Positions 37,800 to 51,671 of a stretch of 64,000 nucleotides of DNA are shown here, piece after piece. The translations under genes and the position numbers were made by a program. This DNA is from Camelus dromedarius (Eukaryota): assembly GCF_036321535.1 (NCBI RefSeq), contig NC_087437.1, positions 115,508,001-115,572,000 on the forward strand, given 5' to 3'. Positions within the stretch are counted from its first letter, which is position 1. Each line of letters starts with the position of its first letter. The notes under the pieces were generated by a model. The model was not told the DNA's origin. It made no database searches and worked only from the letters and a program-made list of their open reading frames with translations.

Positions 37800-39060
37800 T
37801 AAAAAAATCCTTTATTTTGAAATAATTGTAGATACACAGAAAGTTGCAAAAATAGTGTAAAATCCCATGTACTCCATCATCCAACTTTCCCCAATGGTGA
37901 AATTTCAGGTAGCTCTAGTACAGTATCAGAATCAGAAAATTTGATACATCTGGTACATTTCTCTTAACTGCACTCCAGAACTTACTTACTTTTCATTATT
38001 TTTTAAACCTGCATTTGTGTGTATGTGTAGTTCTTTGTAACTTATCTGTTCCATGTATAGATTTGTGTAGCTAGCCCTACAGTCAAGATAACAGAGCTGT
38101 TCCATCACTTTAAAAGAACTCTTTTGTTACCTCTTTGTATTCCCAGCACCCCCCACGCACCATTTTGTTTATTCTCCATGTCTATATATAGTTCTGTCAT
38201 TTCAGTAAGTTATAGGAATGGAATCATATAGTATGTAACCTTTTGAGATCAGCTTTTTTTCATGAAGCATAATACCCTTGAGGTCCATTTGGTGTTGTGT
38301 ATTAATAGTTAATTCCTTCTTACTGCTGAACAGTATTTTATTGTATGTGTGTACCAAGTTTGTTCAACCATTCACTTATTGAAAGACATATAGATTGCTT
38401 CCAATATTTTATATAATTATGAATTAAACTGCTTTGAATGTTTGAGTACAGGTTTTTATGTAAACATTAACTTTTCCATTTTCTGGGATAGACGTTTAAG
38501 AGTGATTGCTGGGTCATATAGTGAGTGCATGTTTAGTTTTATAAGCAACCACCAGACTGTTTTCCAGAGTGTCCTACTTTTTGTTCCCACAACCCTATAT
38601 GAAGGATCCAGTTTCTCAGCATCCTCCCCACCATTTGGTGTTACCACTGTTTTTTATTTAGTTCCCATAGGTGTGGTGGTACCCTATTATGGTTTTAATT
38701 TGCCTTTCCCTAATGACTAATGATGTTGAACATCTTTTTATATGCTTGTCATTTGTATCTCTTCTTTGATGAAATATCTGTTCATGTCTTTTGCCCATTT
38801 TCTGATTGGATTTTTTTCTTTTTACTGTTGAGTTATGAGAGTTCTTTATGTATTCTAGATACAAGAGGTCTTTGTTGGATATGTGGTTTGCAGATACTTT
38901 CACCCTGTCCATAGCTTGTCTTTTCATCCTCTTTAATAGAGTCTTTTTCAGAGCAAAAGGTTTGAATTTTGATGAAGTCCAATTTTTAAATTTAATTTTA
39001 AATTAAATTTTTTTAAATGGATCATGCATTTGGTGTTAAGTGTAGGAATCTTTGCCTAGA
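37800..39060 (-). mobile_element. L1 (L1MB/MC-like) ORF2 C-terminus and 3'UTR, nested in an older L1
   Basis: ORF remnants MKRQAMDRVKVSANHISNKDL...KRCSTSLVIRERQIKT and GEDAEKLDPSY...YDPAITL; 3' end ttttattttgaaataattgtagatacacagaaagttgcaaaaatag. Confidence 0.85.
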
Positions 39061-40739
39061 ACTCTGGTTCTTTTCATGGAGCATGGTATTTAGAAGCCAA
39101 AATCTGAGCGTTAAGTGTGCCTGTTGCTGTTAGAGTGTGGTGGTCCCCAGGCTCTCAATGAATATAGAGAATATGTGTGTGTCCTACACCTTTCCAGGTT
39201 ACAGGGCTCATTAATAACTCTTTTCCTTTGGATCTCCAAGCGTAGATATTTATTCTGTGCCTTCCTTCATTCTTGTAAGTCTACTTCCACTGTCCATCTT
39301 CTTTCTATTACATAAAAATTTGTCTTTTTTTTAATTATTTTTTGACTTCTTTTCTGATTTTAGGTGGGTTTTATTTTCAGTGGAGTTTCATGAGAGAATA
39401 GTTACAAATGCATGGATTACCCACTGTGTTGAATATGTGCTTGTTGAAGCTATAATTGTCCCTTTTCAGATCTTTGTTTTTGTTACACTGTCAGCCTTAC
39501 CCCTCCTCCTACTATACCTACTCCCACCCTGCTTGTACTGTTTTGCTGTAGCCTCTAATCATCCATGATTCCTATTTCCATGTAGTGAAGACCAAGTTTA
39601 TTAAAATATTCAGGTTCTCTTATAGATGAACCCCAGCTTACTTTTTCTACTCTCATTTCTGCAGCTGTACCATATTTTGCTCACTCCAGAGCTATTCTCA
39701 GTAGCTTACATTTCCCCACACGTGTTGTGCCCTTCTGTTCCTGTCCTCTCAGCTTTCCTTTGGAGCACATTGTGCTGCTTTTACATTTTCTGCAGAGCAC
39801 AGAGCTTAGCACGCAGTAGACACTTTGCATTAAATACACAAATGCTACTTCCTCTAAAATAATAATACCACCCAAACTTTTTCATGCCTGTTACCATTTT
39901 CCAAATACTATCATTTGTATCTCATTTAATTGGCAAAACAACCTTGTAGGCCATTATTCATCTTTTATAAATGATGCCGAGTGAATTGTCCAAGGTCATA
40001 GCTGTAGGAGTTAAATTTAACAGATGTTTGTGTACTTATTATGTGACAGACCCTGATTTAAATGGTAGAGACACTTGGGGGAGCAGTTCTGCCCCTAATA
40101 GAATCAATATTAGAATGTTTTAAATTCTAGCCCTTGTGGAGTGGGTTTTGGAGGAAGTCTTCTATTACCTTACTCATCTCAGGTGTCATCTCCTTCAGTT
40201 TTTCCTAACTCTCCTGGAAGGAGGCAGGAATAGGGTAGAAAGAATAGCTTCTGTGTTTTCATTAGTTCTTTTTTGTGTTCACATTGTGCACTGTTTTATT
40301 CTAAATAGCATTTACAGAATATATTGGTATCTGGGGCCTTTGCTAGATTGAACAGGGATTGTTACTGCCTCTGTGTAAGGATACAAACCAGTTTAAAAAA
40401 TCTGTATTCTTAGCCAGGAGGTCATATTCCCAGAGGTTATCTCTAGGCAAGTTTTTATTGAAGTTTAATAAATAAACTGTTCTGTGTGTATAGGTCTGTA
40501 GTCTGGAGATGAGTTTTGACTGCCTTCTCTCCTCAATATTAACCATCTGGTAGGGATTCTGAGTTATTTGTTAAAGAAGTGTGCTGATACAGTATAAGAT
40601 GTCAGAATTTACTAGCCTTTTTTTCAAGTTCAAGAAGGTAAATTCTTTCAGAAGACGTAGGGTGTTTACTTTCAAACATTTTGCAAACAGGTACATTATA
40701 ATTTTTTTTCCATATTTGCTTGCATACAAAATGTTGAGA

Positions 40740-41216
40740 TTTTCTATATTTATTTAATGAACCATGTCAAAACTCAGTGGTGTAAAACAACCAATACTCT
40801 TTGCTCGCAGTCTCCAGTGTGGGTGGGGCTTGCCTCCATGCCGCATGGCGCCTGCTGGGACTAGAAAGTCTGAGATGCTGTGTTCTGCTTGTGTGTGGTG
40901 TCTGGGCATCTTCCTCCATATGCCTTTTTCACTTGGTTACCATGGGCTTTCTCAGGGTGTGGTCTTGAGGTGATTGAACTTTGTACATGGTGGCTGGATT
41001 CCAGAGGTGGGAACTGGATTCTGGAGGTGCCAACAGCAGAAGCCAGTGGTCCGTCTTAAGATTTATGCTTGGAACTGGCATTAGTGTCATCTTCACCAAA
41101 TTCTTTAGGCCAAAAGCAAGTCACAGGCCAGCCCAGATTCAGGCTGAGGGGACTGTGCAAGGTGTGGACACTGGCAAGAGTGGTTTATTGGGGCCACCAA
41201 GGGACACACCATCACA
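40740..41216 (-). mobile_element. MaLR LTR (MLT1H-like)
   Basis: caaaactcagtggtgtaaaacaac...ggccaaaagcaagtcacaggccagcccagattca...ggtttattggggccacc. Confidence 0.7.
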
Positions 41217-41963
41217 GGAATCAACTATCTTTCTGAAGGGGAAAAGGAAAAAAGGTGACTTTCCATCTCACCTGACTAGCTTATTCGTTTTATAACACGA
41301 TGATGTGACTGAATGCCTAACTTTTTGCTGTAACTACATTCAGATAGCTATATAATGTTAATATAATTTGTTACATTCACTTAAACTGTGGCTTGGTAAT
41401 TTTGGTAGGGTTTGTAAGTATAGATTTGGGGATTGTGCAAAAGATACAGTGAGTACTTTATGGGCTACTCAGCTCCAAGTAACACCTAAGTTAAAATATC
41501 AAAGTACTAGATAAAAATCGTCAATGTGTACTTTGTGAAATAAGTGATGTAAACATCCTTTGGGTCACATGTTACAATCCGTAAAGTATCTCAAGTATTT
41601 CTCCAGTACTCCTGTGATTGTCCTTTGTACAGGAGAAAGAAGAGATAGATCATCTCAGATCTTCTGTAACTGCAGCTCTAGACTTTCTCCCAGGAGATGT
41701 CTCCTTAGTGCCCAGAATGTGACAGTGTTTCATTTCATTTAGAAAGTTCTCATCTTGATTCAGTATTGAGGTCCTCTTGTTGCTCAGTTTGGATGTGACA
41801 ATGGAAACATTGTTGGCTCATTGACCATGTTTGTAGGAGTCCTCTGGAAAGCTTAAAAGAAATGCAGTCTTTTTGGGTCTGACCCCCAGACTTAGCATAT
41901 CCAAATATCTGAGAAGGGATCTGAATGATGTAAAGTTTGAGGATCACATGTTTAGGTCCTATA

Positions 41964-42190
41964 CCGTGCATTCTCCGTGAGGTTGATATCACTCCCAAAC
42001 AGGGCAAAAATTGTTCTTGGGTGTGGGGGAGTGAAAAAAATCTTAGATATTACTGTGTTTTGTGACCCTTTGTAAGTCAGTCTTACCTGACAAAATATTA
42101 TTCGATAATACTTATTATTTCTCGTTAGGGAGAAATTTAAATTGCTTTCCTCCTGGGGATGGGAATAAAGGAAAAAAGGCTGAGAAACGT
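41964..42190. mobile_element. hAT-Charlie-like MITE remnant
   Basis: Degenerate TIRs ccgtgcattctc ... gctgagaaacg; ~230 bp. Confidence 0.4.
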
Positions 42191-43399
42191 CCTATAAGAA
42201 TCATTCTGACATAGTACCTGCCCCATGGGGCCTGTGCCACTTCCCTCTCCTGGAAAACCTTAGTATGCGATTTGGATAATGTTTTTTTTAATACTAAGAT
42301 TTTACCTACATTAGATTTTCCTTTAAAAAAGCTGGAGGGTGAAAGCATTTTACACTCTGATGCTTTGTATCCAGGTAGATTGATATTACCCTTATGGACA
42401 GAGCACTGTTAGAACGGACTCTGCCCTAGAATTTGGCAACCTTAGAGCTCTATATGAGTGAAGCTCTTCCTGTTCTTTAGCTTGTTAACATACAGCTCGG
42501 CAGGATCCCTTGTGTGTCTCTGGAAAGGAGGTGTTCCTGTCTCTTCTGGGAGTGATGCCTTGCTCCATGCTTCTGTCTTCTCAGTGGCACGGATCTCAGG
42601 GCATTGTAGGGGTGGGAAGGCAGGGCCCAGTGCCCATGTTCTCTGGGAAGGAGAGGGAGTATAGGAAGAATACTGCCTCCTGGATTTGCTGGCTTCTTTC
42701 TTTGCTCTGGGCTGGTATGGCATGAATGTGCTTTTCTGGGATGGGGGTTATTGCAGGGCAGTTGTGGGAGGAGTAAAAGAGAAGTTTCTAACATGTTATC
42801 TTCTGTAAAGAAAACTCTCAAATTTTGATAGGAGTATTGCTAGGTCCTTCAAGGTAGTGTTAACGGCTTTGTACTTGTTATATTTCCTTTGTAATTTGTG
42901 CAGGCTCAGGAGAGTTAAAGGCATAGTACAACCAGAAAACTAAAGGCCTCTGTAAGTCTGCATTCACCTGAAAACACATTGCTTGGCACCTGGCAGATGC
43001 TGGGGAAGATTATTTGTTGAATCAATGAATGAAATTAATCCAAGGATTACTTTAAAAAGGGTAGTTTTCTTTTCTATGATTTTAGGATCTAGCCTGTAGC
43101 ATAGTGTTGAAGGGAAAGTGAGCTGGGAGGTTAGGAACCCTGGGCTCCAGTGTTCTTGCCTGCCATAGTTTTTAATCTCTAGACTTCAACATCCTTGTTT
43201 ATAAACGAAGTATTTCGTAGATGATCTCTTAATAACCCTTCAGCATCCAAACTTTATTATTGAAACACCTTAGAAATGTCCTTGGCTGATGTAGGTGTTA
43301 GAAGGAATTAGTTCCAGTTGTCACGCAAACAGTAGCATATTAGGGTCCATGGTGAGGCTCCTGTAACCGGGAGCCAGCAGTTCGATGGTTCCAAGAACA

Positions 43400-43722
43400 T
43401 AGCATCATCTCCAGTAGAACGGCCACGTCGGTGCGGGTGCTCCCTCTTTATCTCTTCCATCTAGATCCTTTGCAGTGCTGTAGGGTGTGGGCCTCGTTTG
43501 TGTTGTCTTTGTCCCAACTCACAGGAAGGCGAAGAGACAGAGAAATGTTCATTCCATATCTTAAAAGATCAAGTGTCACACCACGCTTTTTTCACATTCT
43601 GTCATGAGAACTTAGTCACATGGCCATCCCCAGCTGCTTGGGAAGCTGGGAAGTGTTCCCTTGCTGGGCATTCGGGTGCTTGACTGTAATTGTGGAGGAA
43701 GGAGGTGACTATCTCTGCCACA
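43400..43722 (-). mobile_element. Old MaLR LTR fragment (MLT1J-like)
   Basis: agaacttagtcacatggccatccccagctgcttgggaagctgggaagtgt...tctctgccaca. Confidence 0.6.
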
Positions 43723-44139
43723 AATAGTGTAGATGAAACCATTTAGCTTTCTTAGTACACTTTTGGGGGAGGCTTTTTACTTAATGTTTTTGTTTAGCAA
43801 AAATCTTGTAATTAATAAAAAGAGGAAGTAAATTATTTGGCATTTGAGTTAAAATGCTAAGTAGAGTATATCAAAAGGCAAGTTTTGAAATTAATTAAAA
43901 ACATAAAAACTAGCCAGCTCTAACTGATTACGCCTTTGTCTCCTCACAGTACGGGCCAGGGAGAGTCGTTTCATCTTTGCTGCAGTCTGTGTTCCTAGAG
44001 GCACTCAGGTGCACATTTCATTCACAGGGGACATCTCTTTTTACCAGAGGAGTGGCCCATAGTTCACTCTGGTAAACTAGCCCAACAAAAGGAAGCTCCT
44101 TCTTAAATACCATCAGGCCTCTTGGGCTCTGAATCCTTG

Positions 44140-44307
44140 TAAGTTCGTAAATTTGGCCACGTGTCAAAATCGCCTGGAGCCCTTGTTCAAAATATAGGTT
44201 CAGGCCTACTCTCTGGAGGTTCTGATGGTTATGTCTCTGAATCTGAGTTTTTAACAAGCCCCTCAGGGTGATTCTGATGCAGCTGTCAGTGGTATGGGAA
44301 CCACTGC
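44140..44307. mobile_element. MER5A-like MITE
   Basis: aatcgcctggagcccttgtt...gaatctgagtttttaacaagcccctcagggtgattctgatgcagc...gggaaccactg. Confidence 0.75.
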
Positions 44308-45986
44308 TTTAGATAGTCCACACCTCAGTTGCCTCACATGTGAAAGTGCAGAATTATACCTGCCTTGCCTCATAGGGTTCAGAGAGCATGAAATGAGTTG
44401 TACTTGAAATTGTTTCATAAGCCAGAAAGTACCATCAGAAATGTTAGGTGGCATTGTAAGTTAAGTCTGTGCCAGGTATTGTGGTAATTTATTTGGACAG
44501 CGGTCCTAAAAGGTACGTGCCCAGCTCTCCATTTAGAAGTAAACTGGGAAATTACTGTAAGATAGAAATCTAGGCTTCTTGCTCCTCGCTTAATTAGACA
44601 GGGATTCTGGAAAAGTTATCTGCTCTGCATAAGTACCAACAGCAGAACAAGCCAAATAATTGACATACTTTTGTTTTAACATAGTGTTAAGATTATCATT
44701 TGTCAACTTGATGACTTCAGTTAATCACATCGTTCAGTCCATCTCTGTGGGAAACTGAGCTTTGTACTTTGGCCTTGCCAAGCTGACGTGACGCAGTCTC
44801 TTCCCAGGAGGAAAGTGCAACCTGGTAGAGAAGTAGAAGCAAATCCCAGTACCATTCTTCAGAACATTTTCTTCTTAAGGGATGAGTCCTATGAATGTTA
44901 CAAGGCAGGTTCTGAATGTGTTTAAATTCAGAGGATGCGAGAGGTCACGTGAGGTGAAGAGCACAGCTTGAGACCGGAGGAGTGACTTCCCCTTTTCTTT
45001 CTGCCAGAGATTGGCCCGCCTCTGTCAGGTACTAGGAGGGCTCTTCTCTCTCCCCTCTGCAATTGCCAGGACCTTGTAAGGCAAGGAACATGATAGAGAA
45101 GCTTGTGAAGCTGAAGGGTACATCCCTTTCTCTGAAGTAAAGGGAAGCAAGACTAAGTGTGTTAATGTGAACCATGTGCTAGGCTCTTGTGTCTTTCACC
45201 TTAATCAGTTCCAGGGGTTCTGTGGGTTGAGAGAGGCAGTATCCTTTTGCGGAAGGAGCATGGGATTTTAAAACTTAGAAGCGGTTGCTAGTGTTGGAGC
45301 CAGATCTGGCTTGTGCGTAGGTGTTCAGAAAGTGGCTTTTCCTGGTGAAACAGCTTCCCAGGACATGTCAGACTCTTCCTTCCTTTCAGCATGTTAGGTT
45401 TGCCTAGGTTTTGACAAGGGTATGGTTGCTGCTAAACCCTTTAAAATATTATGGATAGAGATCGTGGGGTTCATTATTAAGCTGCAGGGTAAAGGGGAAT
45501 AGTGGTGGGGAAAACATGCAGTGTTTGGTTGTAGGGAATCTTTATAGGGAATATGAAGGCTGATTTATTTGATAAATAATATACTAAATGTTAGGGATAA
45601 AGTAGTGAAAAACACAAATACAGTTTGTGCCCTCATGTCATCGACAGCCCAGGTTTGGTATTTTAACATTAGCTGTTTGTGATGGAACATGTGAAAACTT
45701 CCATGAACTGTTCCAGATTGGATAGCTCAGTATTGGGCTTCACTGAGTATGAAAGTGGTGGGGGTTTTACACTATATGTCTTCCAATGGTTATGTCTTTT
45801 TAAAGCTTGAAGGAACTTAGAAAAAAGCAGTAAGATTGCAAATCATTCCAAATGAGATGTTGACATAAATTAAGCACACTTTTTTATATCCTCCAAGAAT
45901 ACAGATAGATTGGAACATTTTTCATAGGTAACATTTGTAGAATGTACATGCTTTAAGAAGATTTGAAACTGTCTTTCTTACCTCTC

Positions 45987-46468
45987 TGTATTAGTTTCCT
46001 GTGGCTGCTGTAACAAATCACCATAAACCTAGTGGTTTAAAGCAACAGAAACTTACTCTCATAGTTCTGGAGGCCAAGGATCTGAAATCAGTCCCACGGA
46101 GCTGAAATCAGTGTCGGCAGGGCCAGGGCCATACTTCTTCAGGGGTCACTAAGAGCAGTCTGTTCCTTGCCTCTCCCAGCGTCTGGTGGCTGCCGGCGTT
46201 CTTTGGCTTGTGGTGGCATGAGTCTCATCTCTCCCTCTGTAGTCACATTGCCTTCTCTTCTGTCGCTGTCAGATTTCCCTCTGAGTCTCTCTTGAGGACA
46301 CGTGTGGTGGCATGTAGGGCCCACCTGGGTAATCCTCATCTCAAGATCCTTAACTAAATCATAATCACATCTGTAAAGACTTTTTTCTAAATGTGATAGA
46401 TAACATCTCTGGGTTCCAGAGATTAGATGTGGATATTTTTTGGAAGGGGACATTTTTTAGCTTATACT
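45987..46468 (-). mobile_element. MaLR LTR (MLT1C-like)
   Basis: tgtattagtttcctgtggctgctgtaacaaatcacc...tagggcccacctgggtaatcctcatctcaagatccttaact. Confidence 0.85.
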
Positions 46469-47479
46469 CCTATGGAGAAGGAAGGTTGCTTTTGAAATAG
46501 TAACTTTTAGATATTCATAAGTATATTTCCAATTAAGTAAAAATTTGTAACAGATCTATCTTTTCAGTGTTAGCTTGATATTCACATTTGGGGTCCAAAT
46601 TGGGAGGCATCACCCCAAATTTTACCACCTTACATGTCATTTATAACAGTGATTTTGAGTTACTAGTCTCTAAATAGTGGACATTATTCTTTTAGGGCTG
46701 TCTCAAGCTGACAGTGGTACTTTATATCAGGATTTATTAAAATGATTCTAAATTTAGGAAAATGATACAAATTAATGGAACTAATTTTAGCCATCTAGGA
46801 ATTTTAATGAGTTTGTGAGAAGATGCATATTATAGGAGAATAGTGAAGAATATACTGTAATTATTCTTTTCCTAAAATTGCTTGATTGTATCTAACTCGA
46901 AAATGTTACAGTTGGATTATATTTTATTATGCTGTTCTTTATTTTAACTAATTTTGTACTGGTCTGATATAGCTCATTTTGCATAAGCTATGAACATACA
47001 GTAAAGTGTTTAAAAAAGAAAAGATGTTTACATTTAGAATGGAAGGTACCAGTGGAGGGTTTTTGTAGTTGTGAACCAGCCATGAACATACATACATATG
47101 TGTGTATTAATTTTACTACCTGGTTCTTTCATGAGCCTAATTTTTTTGTCACCCTTAAAAAAATAGCCTTTTTTCCTCTAAAATTTTAAGATAACATATT
47201 TTAGAGTTCATTTCAGATAGTTCTGTTATTTCTAGTTCCTTGGGTATGACATTTGGTTTTTTTATCCATTGAGTTTCTCTTGTGATGGATGGCTTCTTTG
47301 TGTGTATATAATTGCTGTGTATGAGCTCTTGTTGACAGGAACTTCTGGAGGTCCTCTGTATTTTGAGGGAAATACATACCCGTTTTCAAATATTTAGAGT
47401 CAGTGACACTTTCCACTTTCCATTCCCCATTTCCCAAATGTAATATAGACTGTAAATACTATCAAGCTGTTTAGCTTCC

Positions 47480-48520
47480 TCCCACTTCCTGCAATTGTTG
47501 CCATGTTTTTTACTCCTGCGTGTGTGCTCCTACGTATGTTACGATTTTATGATTTTAGCTTTAACCACATTTTAAGCTCCAACTTACAATTAATTTAATT
47601 TCAGACAATAATTTTTAATTACAAGAAGGAAAAATACTCATTTATGAAAATTTGCCTACTTATTTGTCATTTCTGGACTCTTCATTCCTTGCATAGACTT
47701 GTGTTTCCATCCAGTATCATTTTTCCTACATCTGAAGAACATTCTTTTGCAGTTTTGTAGTGCAGATGTGCTGGTAAAGAATTCTCTCAAAATTTTTTTT
47801 TTAAGCTTGCAAATATCTTTATTTCACGTTTGTGCTTTAAAGTTATTTTAACTGGATATAGAATTCCAGATTGATACTTTTTGTCACTGAGCACATTAAT
47901 AGTGGTATTCCACTGTCTTCTGGCTTCATTGTTTCTGAAGAGATGTTAGTGGACAATTGCTATTTTGTTCTTTTATACATGTGGTATCTTTTTTCTCTCT
48001 GGCTGGTTTAAAGATTTTTTTACTTTGATTTTTAAGCTATTTGCCTGTGATGTGCCGGAGTGTGGTTATAATTTGAGAGGTTTTTAGTCATGATTTCTTC
48101 AAATGTTTTTCTGCTATTTGCTCACTGTGTTGTGTGATTTCATTTATGTATGTGTTAGAACATTTAATATTGTTCTTCATTTTTCTTCAGTCTTTTCTAT
48201 CTCTTTAGATTGGGTAATGTCTATTGATCTATTTTCAAGTTTACTGATTTTTTTCTGCCACTTTCAATTTGCTGTTAAATCCATCCAGTAAAATTTTCAT
48301 ATAGTTATGATATTTTTCACTTTTAGAATTTCCTTTTTATTCATACTTTGAATTTTTCTGCTGAGGTACTCTGTTCACACATTAGAGAGCAAATGTTCCT
48401 TAAAGTTTTTGAACACATTTTCTTCTAATTCTTTGTATATGATAGCTGCTTTAAAGTTATTGTTTGCTGAATCTAATATCTCATCCAACCTGGGGTTGGT
48501 GTTCTTTTGACTCCCAAGCA
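47480..48520 (-). mobile_element. Decayed old L1 ORF1 region
   Basis: gtgcagatgtgctggtaaagaattctctc...ctggatatagaattccagattga...ttccactgtcttctggcttc; ctattgatctattttcaagtttactga. Confidence 0.7.
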
Positions 48521-49299
48521 TGCTTGTCTGTCATTTCGGTTCTGCTCTCAACTTCTTAGCAGTCTCTCTGTGCTAAGCTTTGGGTAGTCTCCCCTTGCCC
48601 ATGTGCATTCTGGTCCTCTTGGGTTCCCCGTAGATTTTTGGAAAACTCCTTTCTGCATGGCTCGCTTCTCTCTGTTGCCCTGTCCCCCTAAAATTCCAGC
48701 TGCTTGGAACTCTAATCTGTACCTTCACATCTCAACAGGACTCCCATGCTTTGCTTGGATTTTAGCTCCCTCCACCATGTTAGGAAATTGTCCACAGAGA
48801 ACCAGGCTAAAAAGAATAGGGTCCGTGGAGAAGACAGTTTTCTTTTAAAGTTGTCTCTATATTTTGTGGAGCAGGCAGATTTTAAAATAATATTGTAGTG
48901 ATGTTGACCTTTTGGGTGAAGGTCAGGCCAGAGGGGTGGGCTCTAGGGTAAATTGTACCCCACTTTCCACTTTGTGTTGGAACCATAGCCAAGGCAGATG
49001 CCATGGGTCCCAAGTTCTGCACATGCATGCAGTGACTGGGGGCTGTCATTCATGAAGCGGCTTTCCCCATTGTTGGATGCCTTCATCCTTTTATTCATTC
49101 TCAGCTTGTTCTCCTGTAACATTCTTCTTATTCTTGATTTTAGTCCTGCCTTCTTGAACTATGTGGAGCAAGTCAGTTCATTCCATCCTTGAGACTTGCC
49201 TAATTAATCACAGTCTAGTCACTGGTCCTTTAGTCTTTCATAGTCTTGGCTGAGCAGCCTTGATACTTCCAGATCCCTACCCTCCTATTACTTTCTCAG

Positions 49300-49655
49300 A
49301 AGTTCTGAATTTTCTCACCGCCTCTCTTTATGCGGATCTAGACATAGAAAGAATTGTGAGCTTAAGAGGCCTTACACATACAAAGACTACAAATCCAGGT
49401 CTCACCTGTCAAGTTCTTGGTAAGACTATTTCTGATACTTCCCCTTCCTCAAATCTAAATTGGTTCCTCTCATTCCTCTTTCCTTGTAGCAGTCTGTCCT
49501 TGCTCTCATGATCCTGAGTGTCGTTTGCTACCAGTGTGATTGTGTCTGTTTCCCCGCATTGGACTGTGAGTCCCCTGAGGGCAGACACATGATAGTAAAT
49601 CTCACCCTTATGTGTCCAGTCCTCAGCACATAGTTGTTGAAGAAATGAATGATGA
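49300..49655 (+). mobile_element. L2 3' end
   Basis: ggactgtgagtcccctgagggcagac...cagcacatagttgttgaagaaatgaatga. Confidence 0.65.
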
Positions 49656-51296
49656 GTCTGAAGCTCTTCATATCATGACATCATCTGATTTTTAGGATAT
49701 TATGTGTGTTTGTAGTTAAAATTATTTTTCAGTTGTTTCAATAGGCGTTGAATGATGGCATTTCTGAATTGCATGTGGAAGTAGGCATATTTGTCCCTCT
49801 TTCAACTTTCTATCCACTCCTACCCCACCACGTCTTGGCCCCATTGTCCTAACCAGAGATACTGCTGCTAAAGGTTTGCAGTTGTCTTTCTGGACACCTT
49901 CCTCTGTATTTTCATTTTTTTATACGTCTACTTATGTTGTACAGATATGCATTATATTTGCACATGTTACTGTGTGACAGTGGAATTTGAATCCTCAGTT
50001 AAAATGGCAATTAAATAATTTGCTTTTATCATTGGTTTGATAATCATATATGTTCAGTGTTTATTTTACTTTCAGATACTCTTAAGTAAGGCACATAAAG
50101 GATTGATTTGAATTAAATGATATTGAAGGCCTCTTGCTCTAAACTTGATCATAAATTCAGTGTTATTATATAATTCATCTGTATTAGATACCACAAAAGA
50201 TGTGTTGTTCTGTGTCATGTTAACAAGTAGGAAAATCAAAAATCAAATAATGACTTTGGATAGCAAAAGGAAGTTTTGGGGCATGTTGTTAAATGTTCCT
50301 TTTTTTTTTTTCTTCCCTCTAAGAGTGGCTAGAGATTGCTACCTGCTAAAACGAGTGCTGGGATGTGTCTGTCTTGTGGACTTTAGCACTAGGATGTTTG
50401 TGCTTTATTGATCCCGCAGAGCTAGCTTATGACACCCTAGAGGGAATTTCACCCCAACTCCCCGAGTTGTCACGTCACAGCTGTGCATTTGTTAATACAA
50501 TAAATGTCCCTGGAAAAATTTTACAGAAACCAAAGCTTACATAGGTAAATCTTTGTTAGTGATTTATCTAAAGCAACATTTTATGTAAAATAGTTTCCCA
50601 AACAGTTTTAATCCCTTTCTCCACTCCTAAAAGAGAAATAAAAAATTTAAAAAAGCAGATTTTGCTTAGTCATGGTTGTTTGTAAGTTCTCTTGTCATGA
50701 AATATTATCAGATCTTTTATCAAATTTCTTTTAGTTAGCTTTTTTTGTCAAGCATCTCATTTATTTTAGTTTAAATAATTGTATTTCTAATATTTATTTC
50801 ATATACCACTTTTATCTAAAAATTTCTTAAATTATGGAAAACGTGAAACATACATAAAAGTAGAGTAATATAATGAGCCCTCGTGTCCCTGTCCTCCTGC
50901 TTCCACAGTCATCAGTATTTCACCCACCTTGTTTACTAACATTACTAACACAGATAATGCCACATTTAAAAATATTCTTTTTAGAAAAGAGGCTTGGTAT
51001 TTAACAGGAAAAAAAAATCCCAAAGGACAAGAAACAAGAACTATGCCCATGCTTTATCTGATTATGTCATTTACAGTGAGTTGGTAATTATAGAAAATAC
51101 TTTTTTTAGCTCACATACTATTCTTTGTATCAGAAATCCCAGATTTTGTGCCTTTTGCATTGCAATGAGTTAGCAGAGTCACTTGTTCCATCATTAAATT
51201 GCAGGTATGACTTAACTGTGCTTATTTATTGTCTCATCTTAAATACTGAAAAAACTTAACTCGTTTTAATGAAGCAACCAAAAGCAGATATTTCTT

Positions 51297-51671
51297 TTTG
51301 TGTGTGTATATATTTATTGAATTGCTGCATTGTTAATATCCTGTGGTGAAAGCGTAGAAATACCTATCAAAAATGGTATTCATATAACTTTTTTCTTTTT
51401 TCTCCCCAGTTTTATTATGTAGAATTACTACAGTTTGACTGCACATATGCAGTATATTGCATGCAAATACATATATACAGTATACACACATTTTTTTAGT
51501 TTTCATATATGTACTGATTCTTGTTTCTAAGAACAGATTAGATCTTCAGCTTTTTAAACTTAACATATTTATCAAAGGAATAAAGCCAACCACAAAATAA
51601 GAATCAACAAAATGCAGTAATCCAATCGTAAAGGACAGTCAAGTGTGCTTACACATATTCAAGAAATCAAA
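51297..51671 (-). other. Non-L1, 3'UTR-like segment co-inserted with the L1 (transduction or retrocopy chimera)
   Basis: Lies between the L1 and the left TSD copy; two minus-strand AATAAA (51411-51416, 51313-51318), each followed by an A-rich run. Confidence 0.7.

Larger units (their letters stand above)
36370..39130 (-). mobile_element. Old L1MC-like 3' region hosting two nested insertions
   Basis: ttttgaagaatacaggctagttattttatagag; tttattttgatgcttcagttgtcccagattttggcc; broken at tttttccaaggagtcc (~37796) and resuming at ctctggttcttttc...gtatttagaagccaaaatctg (~39062). Confidence 0.65.
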
